From the NCBI RefSeq assembly GCF_006345805.1, contig NC_042998.1:159154001-159218000 (forward strand): DNA of 64,000 nucleotides, written 5' to 3'. The notes beneath the pieces are model-generated. The model saw only the letters and a list, made by a program, of their open reading frames with translations. It had not been told where the DNA came from and did no database searches. Position numbers and translations under genes: made by a program. The stretch is from Octopus sinensis (taxonomy: Eukaryota). This document shows, in pieces, positions 13,663 through 28,039 of the stretch (positions within the stretch are counted from its first letter, which is position 1; each line of letters opens with the position of its first letter).

Positions 13663-15089
13663 CACACACACACACACGTGTGTTTGTGTGCTTGAATTCA
13701 TCTCCACTAAAAATTTTCCTCCTACTGCTATAAATCTCATTGGGAATTTTTATCTCAAATTCTCAGAGATCGTCGAACTCTAAATTATTTCCACTTGTAA
13801 ATCACTACCACCATTGAACACCTTTTGAGTTACCTTGATAAATTCGAGAACTCTTTTGCAGTTGCCTTATTCTATTCTCTTATGTCAAGAATACTAAATT
13901 ATGCATTTTCGTTATTTTCTTTCTCTGCAGAACATCATAAACAATTCTTAAATGTCAAGTCTCTAAATAGTTATTTTAACAAAAAAGATTTAACAGTTTT
14001 CCAATACCTGTTCACTGTTGCCAGATTGCTAAAACCTGCTGTTATTATTCCCACTAGCTGATCTTAACCTCCAGCCCATCCCCTGAACAAATTTTGCTAG
14101 TTTTCCTTTCAGATCCATGCAGCAGCTAGGTTGAGTTAAATAAGAGCTATAAATCTAGTGGTATTGCTTGAATAGGCAATATCTCATCTATACCACAAAC
14201 CAGGCGTTGTGCCAAGTCAAAAGAACTCATTACGATAAGAAGAGTCAATAAGACTACAGAATTGGCAGAAACAGCGAAAGCATTTTGGAAAGAAAGAGCT
14301 TTATGTCGTTTAATTTCATCTCCCACTGTTCCAGGTTCAAGCTGTTACCGAGTGTCCTCTTTTGTATTTGGGGTTTAATGAAATAACTGAAGTTTTGGGA
14401 ATGTTTGCTAATATGAGAATTCATTAATATGGTTAATAAACTAGCAAAAACAATAAAATTACTTTATTAGATAAACGATGGCATTTAGCTTTACCCTATT
14501 TTAAATCGCGCCGATGTTAGTTTTGCTTTTTTTTTTCACTTTCAAGATCAATGAGAACATGTACTGTATAGGCTTAATTTAACTGAACTTACAGTGGCTC
14601 CACAAAACTAGCCTTACTGAAAAAACTTCTAACTGTTAAGAAGCAATACGCTTCTAAAGCATTATACCCTTGATGCCTAAATGTTTATTAAGTTCAGATA
14701 TTACAGTAAAACTCTGGACAGTAAATTTAAGAAATTATTTTGTGGTAAACAAGTGATACAGATATAAGTCTTCCTCTTAAAGTCAGCGTAAACTCTGAAC
14801 CATATATTCACAGATTAACTGTGAGAGCGTCTACACATCTGTAACATTATTAAAACTGCACTCACTGCAAAGCCCCCAAAATTGTAACCCATTTTATAAT
14901 ACCTCTCACATATCTGGTACAATGCAGCTGCAACGCACACAGAATCCCAACAATATCATTTGTCTCGTTGTCGAAGACTTATAGTCCAACACATTTACAA
15001 ATGCTGGCAAACAGATGCAGTGTATTGTTTTATTAGGTCGTCAAGAAAGTTCTTGCGGATTTTAACCTTTAAATTCAGATGCACATATC

Positions 15090-15570
15090 TCGGCTCAAAC
15101 AAAACTTTATTAATTGAAATAAACACCATCAGATTCAACACACTTTTTGCCAATACGAAACAAGTTTATTTATGCCAGTAGCATAACAATCCTGCATTCT
15201 GGTGGCGGTGAAGTCGTTGGAGGCGTGTTTGGTATCGTCTCGATTTTTGAAGCATTTCTCACGCAGGAAGTTGTCGAGATGCTTGAAAAAAGGGTAGTCG
15301 GTAATCAAGAGGTTTGGTGAGTATGGCGGATGAGGCAAAGTTTCATAGCTCAATTCGTTCAACTTCTGCAACGCTTATCACCGCTACGAAATTTCTTGAA
15401 CCACCATTGTGATGTACGTTCATTAGTGGTTCATTGGCCAAACGCGTCGCTGATATCGCGAACTATTTCAGCTGCTTTTCTGCCTAACTTGAACTGGAAT
15501 AAGAAAATTGTGCGAATTTGCTTTTTGTCCATGTTGTATTCAACGTTCCGGAAAAAATGGCCTAATTATT
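15090..15570 (-). mobile_element. Internally deleted mariner element
   Basis: ...TTNERTSQWWFKKFRSG joined to LQKLNELSYETLPHPPYSPNLLITDYPFFKHLDNFL (YSPDLAP-like motif). Confidence 0.8.
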
Positions 15571-15867
15571 CAAAAAGAAAAAGAGTAACACGATTAGATA
15601 GATCGAAAAGGGAGCTTCAAAATGATATATAAAGTAATTTAACGAAAATTAATTTGAAAGTACATCATTTATAACCAAAATTATGCATCTGACATGATTG
15701 TCATATCTGCTCTTTAGGTTCCAATGGAAGGAAAGAGTTCTATTGATAAGGAAGTCCATGTACTGCCAATAGCGTCTGTGCAGTGTGTTCAAGATACAGT
15801 GGTTAATTATGCTCAGGTGTGTGCTGAGGATGTGACATCAGCAGTGATTTTTATCTGATTAGTACAT

Positions 15868-16286
15868 CTCTCTTTTCTCTTTACTCTTTTACTTGTTTCA
15901 GTCATTTGACTGCGGCCATGCTGGAGCACCGCATTTAGTCGAGCAAATCGACCCCGGGACTTATTCTTTGTAAGCCCAGTACTTATTCTATCGGTCTCTT
16001 TTTTGCCGAACCGCTAAATAACGGGGACGTAAACACACCAGCATCGGTTGTCAAGCAATGCTAGGGGGACAAACACAGACACACAAACACACACACACAC
16101 ACATATATATATCTACATATATACAACAGGCTTCTTTCAGTTTCCGTCTACCAAATCCACTCACAAGGCTTTGGTCGGCCCGGGGCTATAGCAGAAGACA
16201 CTCGCCCAAGATGCCACGCGGTGGGACTGAACCCGGAACCATGTGGTTGGTTAGCAAGCTACTTACCACACAGCCACTCCTGCGCC
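15868..16286 (-). mobile_element. SINE family A
   Basis: Full-length, low divergence. Confidence 0.9.
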
Positions 16287-17597
16287 TATGGTTACCTTTT
16301 GTTAAAGTCATTTCATAGCTCCTATCTTTGAGAAAAATGGTGTTATCTTGAATCAATCGAATCTTTTCTGTAGCCTCCAGTTCAGAAACTACAGAAGAAG
16401 AAGTAGTATGATAGACAAGATTGCGGAGGGGCTCTGATGACTTATATTATTAAATAAATATTGGTTTTTTACTTCTTTGGTAATCATTCAGGCGTGTATT
16501 TCAGACTGCTTACTAATTCATTGAATACGGTTATCACAGATTTTTGTGCACTGGTTAAGTGAATAAACCATAAATTTGAAACATTGTCAATTCCAAGGGC
16601 TTTCTAGTCTGCTGCAGCTTTTGACATATTTCCCAATTCCTTTCCACTTATCGTAGCCTTGTTTGCAGTGGGTCCCTGTATCATACAGCAGTATTTTTTG
16701 TGGTCAAAATAAAGGATCACTTCTCGAGACAATTTTTAGAAACCCGTACTCGGTCCAGCAAGAACTGCTGCCACCTAATCTCGTTAGTATGAGTTTGAAC
16801 CATTGTTACAGAGAGTGAAAGTGATGAGAGGTATCCCGCTCGGAAGATGTCTGCATATGTATGTGAACGATATTATCATCACGCATTGGACACTTCGTAA
16901 ACTGAGGTGGTCGGCACCATGTTCGAGAATAATCAGGAGGTTAGAGGAACCGCATTAATCGAAACAAGTCGATGGACTAGGAATGGACTAGCAACTCAAC
17001 ATCTAGGGAGGCAAGATAGGCGAGAAAGATTGTGGACAATGCGATTAAGGTGCCTTTATGAAAGCCAGGTGAACGCAGTAAGGTTCACGATACCAGATGG
17101 CACTAACTTGATTTATAAACAAAATGTAAGAAAGCGCAAAAGGGAACTTTTGATGCTTCTTTCTCCTGAATTACTCAAGCTGTGTTTTTTCTCTCTCTGT
17201 TGGGAATCTGTTGCTGACATTTCATTTGACTTTTGTTGGCTTTGCTTTTTCAATCGGTTCACGCCTCCCCACCTCCAATGAATTGCGTTGTTTTCCCCCT
17301 TGTAGTGTTTCTAAAGTATTCAACCCTTATGGCCAAAAAAAGAATTGTTGCAGTTGTAGTCGTTATTGTTGTTTACCTTTGTGTACGTATTTACTGAAAC
17401 GCTGCTTAGATGATTTTTTCACGAATTGCTTGATGAAAATAAACGGAGACCTCACTTTCCTTTCTGAGCTCATACCAGGACACACAATGTTATATTTTGT
17501 TGTTTTGGGGGTGGGGTGATTATTAAATGAAATAAGGATAATAATAATAATAATAATAATAATAGTAATAATAATAATTATTATAATTATAATAATA

Positions 17598-17644
<47 letters not shown>

Positions 17645-17661
17645 CATCATCATCATCATCA

Positions 17662-17736
<75 letters not shown>

Positions 17737-17754
17737 TATTATTATTATTTCAAA

Positions 17755-18540
17755 TTTTAGCCACAAGGGTAGCAATAATAATAATAATAATAATAATCCT
17801 AAATTTTGGGAGAAGGCCTGAACTTTAGAGGATGGTTGTTTGTCGATTACCTCGACCCCCGAAATGAGGAAAGACAAAATTTACCTCGACGTCATTTGAA
17901 CAGAGAAAGTAAAGAACTGGACGAAATCCCGCTAAGAATTTTGTCCAGCATGCTAACGATTCAGCTAGCTCGCAGTCTTAGCAACAATAAACTTTTTTAC
18001 TACAGGCACAAGACCTGGAATCTAGTGGAAGAACTGGTCGATTACATCGACCTCGCTCCTCAATTAGTACTTATTTCATCAACCCCGAAAGGATGAAAAG
18101 CAAGGTCGACCGCGACGGAATTTGAATTGAGAACGTAAAACCGGGAGAAATTTCGCTAAACATTTAGCCTGGCGTGATAACGATTCTGCCTTAACAATAA
18201 TAATCATAATTGATTTTAATTCTGACTCAAAGCCAGCATTTTTAAGGGAAGGAGTAAGTCGATATCATTGACTCCAGTGCTCCACTGATACTTATTTTCT
18301 CAATTCCGAAAGGATGGAAATAAAAATAATGAGATGGTTAGATTATTTTTTATCTATTCGATCTTATAATATTGACTTCTTATAAAGGCATCGAAATTGA
18401 AAGTGTATAATCGATTATATTACTTGACTGGATTTTATTTTTCCGGGCCTGAAAACATGAAAACCAAAACCGAGCACGGATTTAAACTCAGAAGGTAAGG
18501 GGCCATAACTAAATACGGTAATTACAGTCCTGCCATTGAT
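17755..18540 (-). mobile_element. Cluster of SINE family B copies
   Basis: Repeated motifs cgaccccgaaaggatgaaaggcaaagtcgac and ggaatttgaactcagaacgt. Confidence 0.75.
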
Positions 18541-19194
18541 TATGTTAATCCGTCATCCTTTCTGAAAATGTTTTACTATGCCATTTTATAGGAATTTCAA
18601 ACTGTAAGATTTCTTCAATGCAATTTTTAACTATAAACTTGAAGGAAAATTATATTTGACTACTCATGGAGATCAGATCATTTGACATTAAAGTTCAATT
18701 CAAAACATATTTTTATTTAGTCACTGTATAGCTTCAGAAAAAATGTTTTGAGTAAAAGTGACTGAATCTATGAAGATTATACTGTTTTGATTTCTGTCAT
18801 TCTCTTTGCCGATAAGTCATAGCGGTTCGTCAGTATATTAAACTCTTATCATTACAGTGACAGTCTTATCTTTTTTTCAGGTTTAACTCCGCAGAGAGAA
18901 GTGGTGACATTCTTGAACATAAAGCTAGTTGCTAGTGTTTTAAGACTGTGTGAAATTAACTTACTCTTAATTCCTTTTTTTCAATATATTCGGGTTTATC
19001 GTTCACTTCTGTAAAGAAGGAAGATAAATTTTTCTTCTTTTTAATGGTTTATTTTCTTGGCGAAATTTGAAAAACCCGAATAAATAAATAAAATGCATGC
19101 ACACATATATATACGCATCATGAATATGAGTGCACGTGTGTATAGGCGTGTGTGTACTTTGGTGCGTTTGTCTTGCATTCATGTATGCATTCGC

Positions 19195-19270
<76 letters not shown>

Positions 19271-20216
19271 TATATATATGTGTGTGTGTGTGTATATATG
19301 TATATATATATGTATGTATGTATGCATGTATGTATATGCATATATGTATATATATCCATATACAGACACACACACGTACGTATGTATGTATGTATGTATG
19401 TATGTATGTATGTATGTATGTATGTATGCATGCATGCATGTATGTATGTGTGTGTATGTATGTATACATGCATATCAGACGAGTGTGTATGTGGATGTTA
19501 GAGAGAGAAAACGATTGACAACGTACAAAGCAATTACTTGCTGACATGGTGACATGAGCCATTGGTAGCACTAAAAGCTTATTGTGTAATAGGCTTTTAG
19601 TCAGAGAATTAATGCCATCATACAATGTAGCAGAGACTTATATTTGATTTGTTATTTCTATTGTATTTTTTTTTTGTTTTTTAAATGGTTTTTCTATTGC
19701 AGTTACGAGACAATATCCACACACTAAAGCCATAACTACTATCATCAGAAAAATTCATAATAACAGCAGACATCCATTTTACTGCTTTCCATGCTAGCAT
19801 TAGGGAATTTTTTATTTCATATTTCTTGTTTTTATTTATTTATGTATTTATTTATATATTTATCTGTTCACAAATTTACAAATTTGTATACAGTAAAACA
19901 AAAGAAAGCTTTCTATAGTACGATGCTCTTTTTAATGCTATAAAGCATATTGTCAAATATTGAGTTCAGAGACTGCTTGTGAGGTAAATATTTGAGATAA
20001 AACACGAAATGCTATTGTATGTTGTAATAAGGCTTGAAGTTTATGGTATATATAGTATAGTGATTGAACTAGCACGTTAATCACACAACTATTGTATCTC
20101 ATGACTTATTTACGCAAACGGGGAAAGAAAAGAAAAACAGTTTAATTTACGCAGTCTTAGGGTCTAAATTTGGCTAAAGTTCCTTTAATCTCTTTCAGAA
20201 ACTTTTTAATGATATA

Positions 20217-20249
<33 letters not shown>

Positions 20250-20699
20250 ATTTGTGTGTGTGTGTGTGTGTGTGCGTGTGTGTGAGTGTGTGTGTGTAAG
20301 GTCCAGAATTTGTGTACGGCTGAAGTTGACTCTGACCTTATATAACTATGACCCAATTGTTTCCAACCATGGCTACCGCTTTCGTTTTGTATAATCTCGA
20401 CTACATTGTCCAACATATTCGTGTCGTTTTTCTGTGTTTTTTTTTAAATTGGCAGATGTGATTCAACGGTGAAATCCTGCTGTTTCTTCTCGGTAGAAAG
20501 ACTTTAATTGACTCAACACGATATTTAGTATGCACAATCCATGAAGTCAAAGTTGTTACTACAGCTAATCTCTCTAGATTGTCATTAATGAATGTTGTGA
20601 CAGAAACAGCAGTAAATCTTGTGATGCTGGGTTAAATCTTTCTTTTCACAAAAAAATGTAACGTGCAAAATATCGTGATTATTAATTATTATTAGTATC

Positions 20700-21352
20700 A
20701 AGGCGGTAAGCTGACAGAATCTATAGCATGCTGGACAAAATGCTAAGTAGTATTCCGTCCTTCTTTACGTCCTGAGTTCAAATTCCGCCGAAGTGGACTT
20801 TGCTTTTCATCTTTTGGGTCGATAAAATAAGCATTTTTCCCGGCGCAAGCCGGTAGAATCGTTAGCACGCCGGGCGAAAGGATTAGTGGCATTTCTTCCA
20901 TCTTTACGTTCTGAGTTCAAATTTCATCCTTTCAGAGTCATTGAAAGAAGCACAAGTTCAACACTGGTGTCGACGTAATCGATTTGACCTCAACTCCACC
21001 GAACTTGCTGGCCTTCAACAAAAATTTAAAACTAATTTTTATATTAATTGATGTAGGTGAGCTGGCAGAATCGTTACCGCACCAGGTAAAAAGCTTAGCG
21101 GCATTCCGTCCGTCTTTACATTCTAAGTTCAAATTCCGCCGAAGTCTACTTTCCCTTTCATCCTTTTGGAATGCTGGGCGAAATACTTAGCGGTATTTCG
21201 TCCGTTTTTCGTTGTAAGCTCAAATTACGCCACTGTTGACTTTGCCTTTCGTCATCGGAATCGATAAAAGAAGTATCAGTTGAGCACTGAGGTCGATATA
21301 ATCGACTTAGTAACTACCCCAACCTTGCTGGCCTTGTACCAAAATTTGAAAC
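20700..21352 (+). mobile_element. Cluster of nested or tandem SINE family B copies
   Basis: Repeated gagctggcagaatcgttagc...gttcaaattccgcc heads. Confidence 0.8.
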
Positions 21353-21472
21353 CAATATTCATATAAATTCTACGAATATTTGTATTTTATATACGAATCT
21401 GATAACTGGTTCTCATAGACCGTTGAAGCAGACTTGAAGTTTAAAATCCAATTGGAATGGAGATACACACAT

Positions 21473-21529
<57 letters not shown>

Positions 21530-21541
21530 ATATTATATATA

Positions 21542-21688
<147 letters not shown>

Positions 21689-22225
21689 GCATATTCATAT
21701 ATACATATAGGCATTCTATCTGTCCTTCTGGGGACCCATGTATCTCTACGCTTGTCCTTCACTAACACATTATACCGTTTTGGAATCAGGTTGATTCCGG
21801 ATTGAAAATCTGCCCTTCATTTAGGTTACTATTTTCTATCAGGTAAAGCTTGGTTGATCCACGCTGTCTCGGTGGCGTTTGTCAGATGACGTCAGAGATC
21901 TAGGGAGAGATAAATGTCATTCGCTTCGTTAATTTTGCGTCGAGATGAGAACTTTGGGACAAATTGACCAACAGTCGGAATGATTGCATTCCAAACTCCA
22001 CTGTAGCATATAGTCATTATAAACGTATAATAGCCATGCTATTTAGCCCTCTTTAGGTTGAGCTGCAGGCCCAATTAGCCCTCAACAGGAGCTAGCATAA
22101 AAGTGCAGCTGTTAAGCTAGTGTTCATATAAAGTATGTATACATACATACATATATATGTATATACATACATATATATATACACACACACATATGGATGC
22201 ATATATGTATACATATATATATATG

Positions 22226-22269
<44 letters not shown>

Positions 22270-22435
22270 CACATATATATATATATATATTCTGTAATTA
22301 CTTGGTATTTATTATAGATGTACAGTGTATACATTCTAAACCTATGAGGTATACGTTAAGTATAAATGTTTTATGTTATGAGTATCGGGTGTGTATGTGA
22401 TAAAAGCATATCGTACACGTCATCATTATATGACT

Positions 22436-22470
<35 letters not shown>

Positions 22471-22702
22471 GGTTACCAATTCCCCTTGGACAGCTTCTCT
22501 AATTGATTGAAGTTTTGTTTCATGAGAGAATAGAATATTTTTGGTAGGCACTTTTTCTTTTGAGGGGCGGAGGGGAGTTAGTTTTGTATTCTAGTTTTGA
22601 CTATTGAATTGAACGTCTAGTTTAGCTCTATAACAGAGTGTCTCCATTATTACTGGTTTGTATTTATATTAAGATTATTTGATGTTGTTGTTGTTGTTGT
22701 TG

Positions 22703-22769
<67 letters not shown>

Positions 22770-23248
22770 GCTATTATTATTGCTATTAGTATTGCTATTT
22801 TATTTGTATTGATGCAGTTATTATAATGTTAAAAAAACATTATCATTATCATTTTCTTTATTGTTGTTGTTTTTGTATTTACTATTGTTGTCGTTGTTGT
22901 TACAATGTTGTTATTGTTAATAATATTAAAGTGTAAAGAAATCACGATTATTAATATTATTATTGCTGCTGTTGATATTTTTCATTCTCTTTCAGTTCTC
23001 ACATTGTAATTGGATTGCAGGCATGGATAGCAAGAAAGAAATAGAAAGCGTAATCAGACAAAACGTCAACAACAATGAGAATTTGCAGAAAAACTGGTGA
23101 TGACGAAGAGCAAAAACGATAACTGCAACAACACCAACAACAACGACGATGACAACATAACAGCTAGAACAAGAATAACAGTTGCAGTGATCACAGAAAC
23201 AATTCTATTAAAAAGTAAATACCTATGAGTATTTGAAATAGAACAATC

Positions 23249-23373
<125 letters not shown>

Positions 23374-24632
23374 CTGACAGACATTAACGAAATATGCTTT
23401 TTGTTTCAAGGTAGTAATATTACTACCTTGAAACAAAAAACATATTTCGTTAATGTCTTTATGAAATTGGTTGTTCTTCTGAGCAGAAATGAGGAAAGTA
23501 TTTACTTCAGTTAGGTTGTTTGCCTCAAGGTAATTCTCATTGGATACTACTCCTTCTAAGATTACGTTTTTCAAATGTGTTGTTATTTTCTAAATGAGAG
23601 GCTCACGTACTTTGGGCAAGATATGGCCGTTATTTCTCAAAAGTACTTTCTGGTAAATGTTATTAGAGGTGGAAAATGGTGACAAATGCCTTTGTGGTGG
23701 TAGGTGTTTAGCATCAGCTCAACTCTGATCAACAGTGTTATGAACATTTCAGCCATGATTAACCCCACAATTTTCGCAGCTATGATATATCTAGGGTTAT
23801 GTAATTTGATGTGTTTTTGTTGGGGTTTTTTTCAGTTCCGTACAATGTGATTTGAGGGCCATTTTGCTGCTATTTCAAATAAATCGAATGACCATAGAGG
23901 CTCCCGTATTAACGTGTGGTATTGATCATCGTGAGCATATTGTTCTTCAGCTACAGATCAGTCCTATTTCAGATGGTTTATAAACAAAAGCATTTATATA
24001 TAAAATATCATTTCTCTTTGACATTTTGCATCCAGGACCACATTGTATGCTTTGAGGGAGATATGGCAGTTATTTCTAGCAAATTAGGAGCATAAAAAAG
24101 GCTCCTAACGGGCTCGATTCCTTTCAACGGACAAATATTTTATTGCTTAAAAAGTGGAGAGATAGACCACCATACATATATGGCATAGCTACATGCTTGC
24201 AGTTAGTTGGCAATTAAAAAACATGGCAACGGTTATAATCTAACAATGACATATGGCCTCTCTGTTGGTTGACATATAATAAGTTGATCCTTATACTATT
24301 CTATCTATAGACTTATATCCAGTTATTTTCGGATGAATTCTCATGCTACGTGACACTGTTTAAATTTAATTAATTACTGGAGGCATCATTTTCTTATCAT
24401 ATACCATATTTTAATTGTCCTTATCGTGTTTGCTTCTCATGTACATACATATATATGTGTGAGTGTACTGCATGTATTATATGTACACACACACACACAC
24501 AATCATACGTGTGTGAGGAGCAAACACGGTTGAACAATTAAAATACGTTGTATGATAGTAAAAAAAATAGCGTCTCCAAATAGTGGCATTTTGAAAGCAT
24601 TTAATACGTACGTTTCAGGTCCGCATAATATA

Positions 24633-24860
24633 CAGGGTTATTCAAAAATAAAGAACTGATTTCATTACGCAATATTTTAATAAGGAAAGGCAATAGAAAA
24701 CTCCAGCCAAGTTACAAGTATTTACTCGCAATCAACTTTTATTTCCTGTCTTACAAATGTTTAATGCGGCCACCTCCTGCAGCACAGGCAACATAAATGC
24801 GATAATAGAATTCCTCCCAGACGCGTATAAGCATATCACTAGATCCAGGTCTTTTCATAT
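24633..24860 (-). mobile_element. Tc1/mariner (rosa/maT-like) 3' end fragment
   Basis: DMLIRVWEEFYYRIYVACAAGGGRIKHL* next to a TA-CAGGGTTATTCAAAA TIR-like end. Confidence 0.55.
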
Positions 24861-25554
24861 TTGGTGTATAGTCATCCATATATAGCCAGCGTTTTATTCC
24901 TGGTCTTAACAAGCTCATAATATGGCTGAGATAAAGCGTTTGGGTCTGTGTATGTAGCTTTCAGGAATGAGGATGAAGTAAACGAGCGGCTTTTGTGCCT
25001 TCCTGTTTCAGTTTACGCACCCTATCTCAGACAACACATCCATTATGTTTTACATTGAAGAAAACTTCGAAAACCATTCTTGTTGCTAGTATGTCGCTTG
25101 CGATGCCTTATCTCAGATTTACTTCTAAGAGTATCATTGTTTTCTACAACTTCGTTGTTTGCCAAAACAAATTGACGTTTCTCTCTAACTATTTTAGCGA
25201 AACCCACCGCCCCTTGTTGATGATATCCCAGGTCATCTCCTACTTAACTATTTCACTAAACCGGCCCCTAAAAGCTTTCCGTGTTGGAAATGGTTCGTTC
25301 ATCTTCCAGTAATCTGATCCTTATTTATTTGTCTTTTCGAAGTTAACTGTAAAAGCCTCTCATTTATTCGAACAACTTGAATCTGTTCATAATTCATACT
25401 AAACCTATTTCTTTTAGTCTGATAAGCTTAGTATATCTAATTACAGCATACTGCAGTTTGACCCAATCCACATAGGTGCAGCAGTAGAATCGAAGTGAAA
25501 TCTCTCAAACAATTAAAAGGCAGTGCTGTAAGCACAAGGGGTAAAATTTAGGGA

Positions 25555-25812
25555 GCTAACGATTCTGCCAGCTTACCACATTCGCAATAATAATAATAAT
25601 TCTCTCTACTATAGAAATAAGGCTTGAAAGTTTGTTGGAGGGGACTGGTTGTTTACATCGCCCCAGTGCTAAACTGTTACTTATTTTATCGACCCCAAAG
25701 GGGCGAAAGCAAAGTCAACCTCGGAGGAATTTTAACTCAGAACTTAAGGACGGACAAAATGCCGCTGAGCATTTTGTCCTATATGCTAACGATTCTGGCA
25801 GTTAGCCGCCTC
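25555..25812 (-). mobile_element. SINE family B
   Basis: Same motifs on the minus strand. Confidence 0.8.
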
Positions 25813-25844
25813 AATAATAATAGACCTCAAACTTTATAGTAAAG

Positions 25845-27180
25845 GTGAAGCCCAAGTCAGTTCCCTCGTTGATACGGTGTAGCAACGAGGTGCTGATATC
25901 AGAATGGAGTTCGGACTGAGAAAGTGTGGTGTGTTAGTCTTGAAGAGAGGCAAAATCAAATTTATGGACGGAAGTTATGAAGCAGATAGTACTTGGAGAT
26001 TTGGAAAATGGATAAATTGATGGAGAAAGAAATGACAGAAAAATTTAAGGTAGAGTACTTGCGCAGACTGAGACTGATCCTGAAGTCGAAATTAAGTGAA
26101 CAGAATGCTGGATCATAGATATAGCATGCCCAGCTAACTAGATGTGGAACACTCCACCCAAAAAGTGACACAGACAGACTGTATGTACCAAGAAAAAGAG
26201 GACTTATTGGATGCGAGCACAGCATTAGAGCAGAAGAAAACAATATAGCATGGTATGTAAAAAATGTCACAGAACTGCTGTTATTAGAAATAGGAAGGTC
26301 AGGCTTGTGTAGGAGGAAAGACTGCAAAGATAAAGCACTATACAAGAAATTGAAAACAAATGAAACTGAAATTAGGTGTGTAAAGAAAAGAATGCATGGG
26401 ATGTTGAAGATAAGAAAGAGAAAAAAAGATGGCTGTGGATGACTAAAAGTGATTTAAAACCGGAAACAGAGACTCTTGCAAGCACTAAGAACAAACTGCA
26501 TAAAATACAGAAGAGACAACACAGCAGAAAGTGTTAAGTGCAGAATCTGTAGACAAAACGGTGAACCAATAGGGCATATTACCAGCCAATGTTCGTCACT
26601 AGTCCAGAAGGAATATAAAAGACGCCACAATATAGCCAGGCTTGTCCATTGGACATTCTGCAACAATTATGGACTTGACAGAGCAAAAAATTGGTACGAC
26701 AAACCTGAAGGCATCGTCGAAAATAGAAATGCAAAGATCCTATGGGATTTTATGATTTAGTGCGACCATGAGATACAGAACAGGAAACCGGACATTGTCT
26801 TAATTGGGAAAGAAAACAAACTATGCTGGATCATAGATATAGCATGCCCAGCTGACAACAAGGTATGCGATAAGGAAGAAAGAAAAGTTGAGAGATATGT
26901 CAGGTTAGCTTGGGAAGTTAAGCAGTTGTGGTCAATGAAAAAGATAGCAGTAGAACCAATAATTGTCGGAGCCCTGGGAACAGTGAGCAAAAATCTCGAG
27001 AAGTACGTGGAACAAATGGGGGCTGCAATAAGGGGAAAACATTTGCAGAAAACAGCACTGCTTGGAACCGCTCGAGTACTCCGGAAGGTGCTAAAAAATT
27101 AGAGGTGTTACCTTAGTTCACTGGTAGTGAACAGCTGACACTGTAGTACATCTCCAGCATTAGAAGCTGTGCAAAGGTAA
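25845..27180 (+). pseudogene. R4/Dong-like RLE-type non-LTR retrotransposon, 3' half (family 1)
   Basis: DIRMEFGLRKCGVLVLKRGK...KCRICRQNGEPIGHITSQC...KILWDFMI*CDHEIQNRKPDIVL...IIDIACPADNKV...PIIVGALG...LQKTALLGTARVLRKVL, then 3' UTR and (TAA)n. Confidence 0.88.
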
Positions 27181-27264
27181 TAATAATAATGATGATAATG
27201 AAGATAATAATAATAAGAAGAAGAAGAAGAAAAAGAAGAAGAAGAAGAAGAAGAAGAAGAAGAA

Positions 27265-27295
<31 letters not shown>

Positions 27296-27352
27296 AAGAA
27301 GAAGAAGAAGAAGAAGAAGAAGAAGAAGAAGAAGAAGGAGAAGAAGAAGAAG

Positions 27353-27943
27353 GAATATATTCACAGACATGACAGAGTTGGAACCTACATACATTGGAAG
27401 CTATGCCAACATTATGGAATAACAACAGAAAAAAGATGGTATAGGCACGCACCAGAAAAGGTCACAGAAAACGAGAAAGCAACCATACTCTGGGATATGC
27501 CGATACACACAGATAGAGAAATTAAGGCCAACAGACCAGATATAGTTGTCAGAGATCACGAAGAAAAAAAATGCTTTCTAATTGATGTATCAATACCGGA
27601 AGATGACAACGTGTCTCTAAAAGAAATGGAGAAACTCTCAAAATACAAAGACCTGGAAATAGAGGTAACTAGAATGTGGAATCTGAAAACAGAAACAATT
27701 CCTATCATAGTAGGTGCATTAGGTATGATAAAAAATATTCAGACAAATACATAACAAAAACACCAGGACTTACAAACACATATAACATACAGAAAATTGC
27801 ACTACTAGGCACTGCACACATCCTACGCAGAACCTTTTCCATACAATAACCATCAGAGCATCACAACAAATCACAGCACATACCCAAAGCACACAGAGCT
27901 GCGCTCGGTAGTGAAGTGAAAGCACGCTATAAAAATAAAACTA

Positions 27944-27948
<5 letters not shown>
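27353..27948 (+). pseudogene. R4/Dong-like RLE domain and 3' UTR (family 2)
   Basis: RHDRVGTYIHWKLC...ATILWDMPIHTDREIKANRPDIVV...LIDVSIPEDDN...KYKDLEIEV...PIIVGALG...IQKIALLGTAHILRR, ending in (TAA)n. Confidence 0.88.

Positions 27949-28039
<91 letters not shown>

Noticed and set aside
13700-17000. Short open stretches at 14150-14380(-) and 16290-16900(-)
   Set aside because: No recognisable domain or consistent splice pattern; would need BLASTx.
21770-21835. ggaatc/gattcc hairpin followed by AAAAcggTA on the minus strand
   Set aside because: The upstream core (ctaaatga) is too decayed and too distant.
22040-22100. Two tandem HHR-like heads on the minus strand (CTGTTGAgggc, CTAAAGAgggc)
   Set aside because: GAAA is missing in both; too degenerate to call.
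25020-25330. GYHQQGAVGFAKIIRE resembling an SGNH-type LINE ORF1 C-terminus
   Set aside because: One short motif with stops; insufficient support.
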